From Prorocentrum cordatum (taxonomy: Eukaryota), in contig CAUYUJ010000081.1 of assembly GCA_963575745.1 (NCBI GenBank), positions 372,001 to 436,000 on the forward strand: a DNA stretch of 64,000 nucleotides, read 5' to 3'. Of the stretch, positions 56,339 through 64,000 are shown in pieces. The notes below the pieces were generated by a model. That model did not search any database. It saw nothing but the letters and a program-made list of their open reading frames with translations, and had not been told where the DNA came from. The number at the start of each line of letters is the position of its first letter. Position 1 is the first letter of the stretch. The position numbers were made by a program, and so were the translations under genes.

Positions 56339-56811
56339 GCGGTGGCGGCGGCGTCGTCGTCATTGTGCCGTCGTCACGGTGGTGCGCGGCGCCGTGGTGC
56401 CGTCGTCGGCCTCGGCTACCGACGCGAGGACCTCCCCGCAGCGGCCGCGGATGCACAGCCGGATGGCCGCCGCGCCGGCGGGGTCGCCTCTGCGGCCGCG
56501 GCCCCGGGCCAGCGGAGCCCCAGGGAGGTTGGGGACGAGGAGGGGGGAGACGGGGGGGGAGTAGAGAGTGGGGGGACAGGGAGGAGCGGAGGAGGAGAGG
56601 GGAGGGGAGAGGAGAGGAGGGGAGAGGAGAAGAGAGGAGAGGGGAGAGAAGTCCAGGTAGGAGGTGCGCTGGCGCTCTGTCTGACATCCTATCCCTCCCT
56701 TCCACCCCTTCCAATTGCGCTGATTAGTTTTTCCATCTGCGGACGCGTGTCATAGCCGACCTGAACTCCATTACCCCAGCAAAGCACCCGAATAAACAGC
56801 CGCCAAGGTAA

Positions 56812-57282
56812 ACTGTGGGACCTGTGGGGCAGATGGGAACTGAGAGACTTGTGCGATCCGTGAGACATGTGGCACTTGTGGAGCAGGCGGGAACTGTGGA
56901 TCTGTGGGACCTGTGGGACCTGCGGGACTTGTGGGACCTGTGCGCTGGGGGACCTGTGGACTGTGTGGGGTCTGTGCGACCTGCGACACCTGTGGGACCT
57001 GCGAGACCTGTGGGACCTGTGGGACCGGCGACCTGCGGTGCCTGTGGGAGCTGTGAAACATGCGACACCTGTGGGACGAGTGGAACCTGCGGGACCTGCC
57101 GAACCTGTGGGACCTGTGGAACCTGCGACTTGCGACACCTGTGGGACCTGTGGGCCCTTTGGAACCTGTCAGACCTGTGGGACCTGTGGGACGGCCTGCG
57201 ACATCTGTGGGTTGCGTGACTTGTGGGACCCGTGAGACCTGCGACACCTGCGAGACCCGTGGGACCTGCGAGACCTTGCGGG
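56812..57282. repeat. 9-bp (CCTGTGGGA)n minisatellite
   Basis: Directly visible. Confidence 0.95.
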
Positions 57283-57611
57283 ATTCAGAAAAGTGACCCA
57301 CGCTGGGGCGAGAGCGCAATTCTGAACGACGGGAGCACATTGCCGATCCAAATATGAGGCCCCCGCTTCAGCGAGAGTACAATGTTAAAACACCGAAAGA
57401 CATCGGAGTATAACAATACATAAGAATTGCCCTCACGACGTCCCAACCTTGCGCAACGCATGGCCATAATAGCTGGGTGTACATTCTAGATTGTGAGCAC
57501 GTGGCAAGGAGGCTCATGTTTCTGCGAAGGACATGCGGGAGGCTTGCGAACTGCACGAGTCGCAGGACACTGAACTGGGCCCTTCCAACAGCCCTCGAGA
57601 GCGGCGACAAT

Positions 57612-58582
57612 CCCACCAGCCCTCTGGGCGTAGGTGGTCTAGAGCAGATCCTCTTCCACCCCTCCCTCTTCCCCCTTGGGGAGGGGTTTACCCCTCCCCC
57701 TACCCCCTCCCCTGGACCTGGACGGGGGGGGCCGCGGGTAGTTAGAGCGTCCAAGATGGCCCAAGACGGCTCCAAGAGCGCCTCAGAGAACCCAAGATGA
57801 GCTCCAAGATGGCTCAAGATAGCGCAAGATCGCTCACGATGGCTCCTAAGATGGTTCCAAGAAGCCCAAAGACGGCCCCAAGATAACTCCAAGTGGCCAA
57901 ACAGCTCCCCAAGGAGGCCCCGAAGAGGCCAAAATCGTCCCAAAACCTAAGGAAAATCAATGATTTTTGCTTTCTCGCCTTTTCGCTTCCGATGGCCATC
58001 CGAGGCCTGGAGATGGCTCCAAGATGGCCCAAGAGGGCCCCAAGAGAGCCCCAAAAGAGCCCCAAGACGGCCCCAAGAGCGCCCAAGAGCACTCCAAGAG
58101 CGTTCCAAGAGGGGTCCAAGAGGCGATTTTAGGGGCTTCCGAGGGGGGACGCTAATTAAACCCCCCCTCTTGTTTGATCGACTCCCTCCAAGATGGCCCC
58201 AAAAGCGCCCCGAAGGCTCCCCAGAGCGCCTCAAGAGGGTCCCAAGAGGCGCCCAAGATGCCCCAAGGCGCCCAAAAAGCCCTCCAAGAGGCCCTCAAAA
58301 GACCCCCAAGAAGCTCCTTCCCCTCCTCCTCCTCCTCCTCCGATTCTTCCTCCTTCTCCGTCCTCCTCCTCCTCCTCCTCCTCCTCCTCTTCCTCCTCCT
58401 CCTCCTCCTCCGACGACGACGACGACGACGACGACTCCTCTTCCATCCTCCCCCTCTCGGGGTCTGTGACAGCTTCCCCCGCCCTTTGTTATTCTGCATG
58501 CTCCCCGACTTCCCTGATCACCTCAACTCCCCTGAGCATCGTTTCTGGATGGGCTGGTGGGGATACGCGAAGCGTCAACAAT
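57612..58582 (+). mobile_element. Family B element (CCCACCAGCCC ... GGGCTGGTGGG + ACGCGAAGCGT hairpin), complete copy
   Basis: 11-bp inverted repeat at 57612 and 58551, hairpin at 58565-58575, internal CCAAGA array. The flanks rejoin into one unit of the ~102-bp satellite. Confidence 0.75.
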
Positions 58583-59509
58583 TTCGCAGATCGCAGCCCC
58601 CCAGAGATGGCCAGGTCCCGCTCTCATCCGCGTAGCACCGCACTATGCTAGACCCCCAAACAGCCCGCGAAAGTGGCGACGGTATCGAAATTCGCAGCTC
58701 CCCAGAGATGGCGAGGTTTTGTTTTGATCCGCGTAGCACCGCACAACCCTCGAAAATGATGATAAATTCGCAGATCGCAGCCGCGTAGGGATGGCGAGGT
58801 CCCGCTCGGATCTGCTTAGCAACGCACCCAGTTGCCGCCCCCAGCCGCCCTCGAAAGTGGCGACAATTTCGCAGTTCGCAGCCCCCCAGGGATAGCGAGG
58901 TCCCGCTCTGAACTGCGTAGCACCGCATCATGTTGCCCCCCCAGCAACCCCCGAAAGCGGCGACAGCTTTGCAGATCGCAGCCCCGCAGAGACGGCGAGG
59001 TCTAATCTGAATCTCGGTGCGACGTCACTACGCAGCCACCTCAGCAGCCCTCGAAAGTGGCGACAGTTTTGCAGATCGCAGGCTCCCAGACATGGCGAGG
59101 TGTAATCTGAATCTGGGTAGGACGCCCCCCGGAACAACCCCATTGGTTTTTACGCGTTTGACAAGGACGGCGGGGGTGCCGTCATATTGCTCGCTGCGCG
59201 CAGGCCAACCATCCCTATCAGAAAACAATACAGAACGCACGTTGCCTCTACATCTGGAGCATGCGCGGGCCCCGCGCGACCATTTTGCAGTGGTGTTTGC
59301 CAGGGACGGCGGGAGTGCCGCCATATTGTTCGCTGCGCGCAGGCCAACCATCCTTTTCAAACAGTTATACAACAGACAAGCGACCTCCACATCTGGAGCG
59401 TGCGCGGGCGCTCCGCGACCCCTTTGCATTGGTTTCGCCCCACATCCCAAACTGGGATTTTTGTTTTCCCTGGACACCCCGCGCGGGAACACACAGGAAC
59501 ACCCAGGCA

Positions 59510-59617
59510 CTCACCCACTCACACACTCACTCACACACTCATCAACATCACTCACTCACGCACCCACCCATTCACTCACCCACCGACCCGCTCGCTCACT
59601 TACTCACACTCTCATCG

Positions 59618-59695
<78 letters not shown>

Positions 59696-59820
59696 CCATC
59701 ATCATCAGCAGCAGCAGCAGCACCATTACCATCATCACCACTGTCACCATCATCAGCATCATCAACATCATCATTATCGGCTTCACTCACTCATTCACTG
59801 ATTCACTGATTCACTCACTC
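59510..59820. repeat. (ACTC)n - (ATC)n - (ATTC/ACTC)n compound microsatellite
   Basis: Directly visible. Confidence 0.95.
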
Positions 59821-60312
59821 ATCTCAGGCGGGAGCCTCGTCTGTGAGTGGAACGAAAGGAAGTCTTAGGCGAGAGCCCCCTCCCTATGGGACCCGCAACT
59901 CACGTTTGTAATCCGAACGGGCCATGGGAAACCTGGAACTGTCGCCAATGTTGGGTTCCAACGGCTTGAATATGGAGAAAGTATCCGGCAGAAGCCCCGT
60001 CGATGAGTGAATTGCGAAGAAGTCTCAGGCGGGAGCCGCCTCCCTATGAAGCCCGCAACCCGCAACTCACGTTTGTAATCCGAGCGGGTTATCGGAAACC
60101 TGTAACTGTCGTCACGCTTGTGCTCCTCAGGCTAGGCTCGAACATGGAGGAAGTATCAAGCGGCATCCTCGTCCGTGAATGAATTGCAAAGGAGCGCTGT
60201 CGGGGGCCGCCCGGGCATCGATTTGGCCTTGGCATCGTCGCACTATGCGAGGCGAAAGCCTTTGGCCTCGTCAGGTATGCGAGCCTCTGGCCGCCCCCGC
60301 TTCCCACCGCAG

Positions 60313-60369
60313 GGAATATGGCTGCAGGTGCACGGCTTCAAGGAGTCCCCGATCTGCCACAAGTTCGAC
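60313..60369 (+). CDS. Candidate plus-strand exon: GIWLQVHGFKESPICHKFD
   Basis: Pyrimidine tract plus ccgcag|G acceptor, near-complete GC3 bias, GAC|gtcag donor. Isolated; no partner exons found. Confidence 0.4.
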
Positions 60370-63214
60370 GTCAGAGCGGAGAGTTCCAGGGCAGAGAGGG
60401 GCGCAGCAGCTCGCGGCAGAGCTTGGTTATAGGCTGCCCCCCGCCTGAACGCGGCGGCGCCCCGCTCGAAGCCCGCGGGGTTGTCCCAACGGCTTGGTCT
60501 CGCGCGCATGGCCCCCGGGGTTGTCCCAACGGCTGCGCGACGTGGATGCGCCCGTGCTGCCCGAGGCGGCGACGGCGCCGAGGAAAATCGGCATGCGCGC
60601 TCGTGTCAGGAGGAAGGAGATAACGGGAGAAGAGGGCGGGGGGGCGGAAGAGGAGGAAGAGGAGGAGGAGGAGGAGGAACAGGAGGAAAAGGGCGAGCAG
60701 GAGGACGAGGAACGTGAGGAGGAGAGGGAGGCGGAGGAGGAGGCGGAGGAGGAGTAGGAAGAGGAGGAAGAAGAACAGGATCATACCTGCAACAAGTAGG
60801 ACGAGAAGGAGGAGGAGGAGGAGGAGAAGGAGAAGGAGAAGGAGACGGAGGGGGAGGAGGAGCACGCAGAGGGCGGGAGGAAGGCCTCCGCCAGGTGCAG
60901 AAGAAAAGGGCGAGGACAATTCGCCGGCCCAACGGGCCAGAGGCGTGCTAAGATCTCCGGCAACTGGTTAACAATTCTCTAGTTCGCGCGCGCGGGGCGG
61001 CCCCTGGGGGTCCCCGGACGAAAAGTACCCCGGGCGACTCCCGGCCGATCCCCGGGCGACTCCACCAGAGCGCTCCATGAGCGCACCAACAGGGCTCCGA
61101 GACGTCCCCGAGAGCCCCAAGCAAGGCCAAGAGGCCCCCAAGAGGCCCCCAAGATGGTACACGAGGGGTCCGACATGCCACAAGATCGCTCCAAGACGCA
61201 CAAGATAGCCCCCAGACGCTCCAAGAGGCCTCCAAGAGCACTCCCAAGAGGGCCCCAAGAGGCAAAATTCATTGTTTTTCCTTAGGTGTTTGAAACATTT
61301 TGGAGCTTCCACCTTTTCGGCTCCCCGACGCCCCCAAACGGCAAAAGAGGCTCGCAAGATCGCCCCAAGAGGGCCCAAGAGGCCCCCAAGAGGGCCCCAA
61401 GATGGCCCAAGAGGGCTCGAAGACGGCCCAAGAAGCCTCCAAGACGGTCCAAGAGAGCCCCAAGAACGCCCCCAAAGGGGCCCCAGAGAGGGAATACGAA
61501 ACAACATTTCGAGCCCTCGGCCCTAAGACGCCCCCACGAGGCCCCAAGAGGCCCCTAAGAGGCCCCAAGAAGCCCCCACGAGGCCCTCAGGAGGCCCCCG
61601 AGAGTCCCCCAAGCGGCCCCAGGAGGCCCCCAAAATGCCCCCCCGAGCACGCAAGCAAGTGCAAGCGATGCTACAATGTGCTCTCCTTTCGGTAGACTCC
61701 CAACGGGGCCCCTACAGACTTGCAACAAGCGTCAAGAACCTGCCCAAAAAGCACTGTCCAGGAGCGTTCACAAGTGCCGCGAAGAAGCCCTCCATAAGCC
61801 GGAAAGCCCGGAAAGCCGGGTGGGGTGAGCTGTTCTTCTCACCACCGCGCCCTCTCACACAATGGCTTCCGCACGCCGCCCGGAGCGCGATGCCTCCCAG
61901 ACTGTATGGGCCGGCGGAATGAGCGAAGCGATTAATAGATAAAATAGGTTCTCGTGCGGGGTCCTACCGTCGGAAATATTGAGAAGGACGGAGGGAGTGC
62001 CGTCATATTGCTCGCTGCGTGCAAGCCAACCGACCCTTTTTTCAATATACATATATATATATGTGTGTAAATGTATATGTATACGTATACATATCATGCA
62101 CGTTGCCTCCACAGCTGGAGCATGCGCGGGCGCCCCGCGATCACTTTGCATTGGATGTTGGCAAGAACGGAGGGGGTGCTGGCATATTGCTTAAACGTGG
62201 AACACGTGTAGCACCTGGCGCGCCTGGCTCGCTTGGGCCTCCAGGGTGCCTGGTGACCTTGGAACCCGTGGCGCACATGGCATGCGTGGCGCTCCTAAGC
62301 AATATGATGACATTCCCTCGGGTGTTTGTTGGGAGGGCGGGTGGGAGTTAGCGAGACGGCTTGCGGGCGCAGGGGGGGCCCCATCACTGTTCCATATTAA
62401 GATACACCCCCTCCCCCAGGCGACCGGGGGCCGACCAGGAGCCATGCGGACACCATGACCACCCGCCCCCAACCATCCCTGTCAACAAACAATACAAACC
62501 ACGCTCTGCCTCCACATTTGGAGCATGCGCGGCCAACCCGATGCGCCCCCCCCCCGGCCATCCCTGTCAAAACACACGCAAAGTGCACATTGGGGCAAAG
62601 TCTTGAGTCATATTCGCGAGGCCCGCGAACACTTTGTATTGTTTTTGGCATGGACGGCGGGGGTGCGAGCAGATCCCCTGTGCCGTGCGCAGGGCTACCA
62701 TCCCTGACAAAAAATACAACATGCACCTCGCGGCTAAATCTGGATCGTGCGCGGCCATCCCACGATCACTGACACATTGTTTTTGACGATCACTGACACA
62801 TTTGTTTTTGCTGTGCGCAGGCCCACCAGACACAACGACGGGCAGTGGTTTTCGACAAGGATGGCGGGGGCCGACATGTTTCCCGATGTGTGCTGTCACG
62901 TGCGCAGGCGCACCTGACGCACCCTGCACGTGCCCCGAACATGGCGCACCTGGCGCGGCTGGAGTGCGCGGCACACCTCGCGCACTCGGAGCACGTGGCG
63001 CATCTGGCGCACCAGGCGTGCCTGGCACGCTCGAGCCCCAGGGGTGCCTGGCGCGCGTGGCGCCCTTGGCACCCGTTGCGCAACTCGCCCAAGCGTCGCG
63101 CACCTGGGGTCGGCTTTGGTTCCCAGGAGCTGTCCATCCAAAAACGACCACTGAGCATGCTCAGGCTCGGGAAGGCGGGTGGGAGTGAGCTAGACGGCTT
63201 GCGGGCGGGTGGGT

Positions 63215-63918
63215 AGCTTGCCCCCTCCCCCTGCCCCCTCCCCTGAGTCTGGTCGGGGCGCCCCGCGATGGGTTATTAAAGTGCCCAAGATCGCCCCAGA
63301 TGGCTCCAAGAGGGCTTCAAAGAGTGCAAAAAGGGCCTCCAGTATGGCCCAAGATACTCGAACATGGCTCAAGATCGCCTCCGACATACCTCCAAGAAGC
63401 CTCCAGACGGCCCCGAGGTTTCAAGTGCCCCCCGAACCCTCCAAGGACCCCCCAAAAAAATGCCAACATCGCTCCGAAACAAAGGAAAATTGATCATGTG
63501 TTCCGTCTCGCCTTATCGCTTCCGATTGGCATCGGAGGCCCCAGAAAGGCCAAGTGCTCCAAGAACTGCTCCAAAAAGCCTCAAGACGACATGGTTGAGC
63601 CTCCAGGGGCTGATCATGTTGCCCCTCTCGTTGTGTGCCCCGGGGGCCCACATGGTCCCAAAAGGCATCCCAGAACCCACCCCAAAGAGCCCCAAGAGGG
63701 CCACTAGACCCCCCAAAAGGCCCCAAGAGGGTCCCAAAAGTGCCCCAAGTGTCTCTGCGAGGACCCCAAGAGAGACCCAAGATGGCTCCAAGAGACCTCC
63801 GAGAAAAAACTTCCAAGTCGGTTGTTGCACTGCATGCTTCTACATTCCCTGAACAAGACAACTCACCTGGCAATCTGCGCCTGGATGGGCTGGTGGGGAG
63901 ACGCGAAGCGTCAAGAAT
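63215..63918 (+). mobile_element. Family B 3' portion
   Basis: CCAAGA array followed by GGGCTGGTGGG (63887) and ACGCGAAGCGT (63901). 5' boundary approximate. Confidence 0.6.
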
Positions 63919-64000
63919 TTCTATAGCCGCAGACGCGTGTCATAGTGGACCTGGAATTACAAAAAGGACCCCACCATCATGTTATGCGCAATCGTACAAG

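Overview
This is GC-rich, extremely repetitive eukaryotic DNA, most likely from a dinoflagellate (inferred from GC/GA/GT splice donors, AG|G junctions and micro-exons in multi-kb introns). Almost all ORFs in the supplied track are artefacts of micro- and minisatellites. The main real feature is a minus-strand gene read by hand as 10 phase-compatible micro-exons (31-140 nt each, 585 nt in total) between 31916 and 3494, continuing off the left edge. A probable signal-peptide first exon lies at 50254-50147. The joined peptide carries the N-terminal signature of right-handed beta-helix (pectin-lyase-like fold) proteins. One acceptor site is CG rather than AG. The introns and flanks hold several families of non-coding elements with a shared design: short subterminal inverted repeats, a terminal mini-hairpin (often GCGAAGC or another GNA triloop), no clear target-site duplication, and internal tandem arrays. 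These resemble non-autonomous Helentron/HINE rolling-circle elements. Also present are a palindromic MITE-like family, decayed LINE fragments (one with a 16-bp target-site duplication), 73-, 77- and ~102-bp satellites, and long triplet arrays. No database searches were run; all family assignments come from motif recognition.
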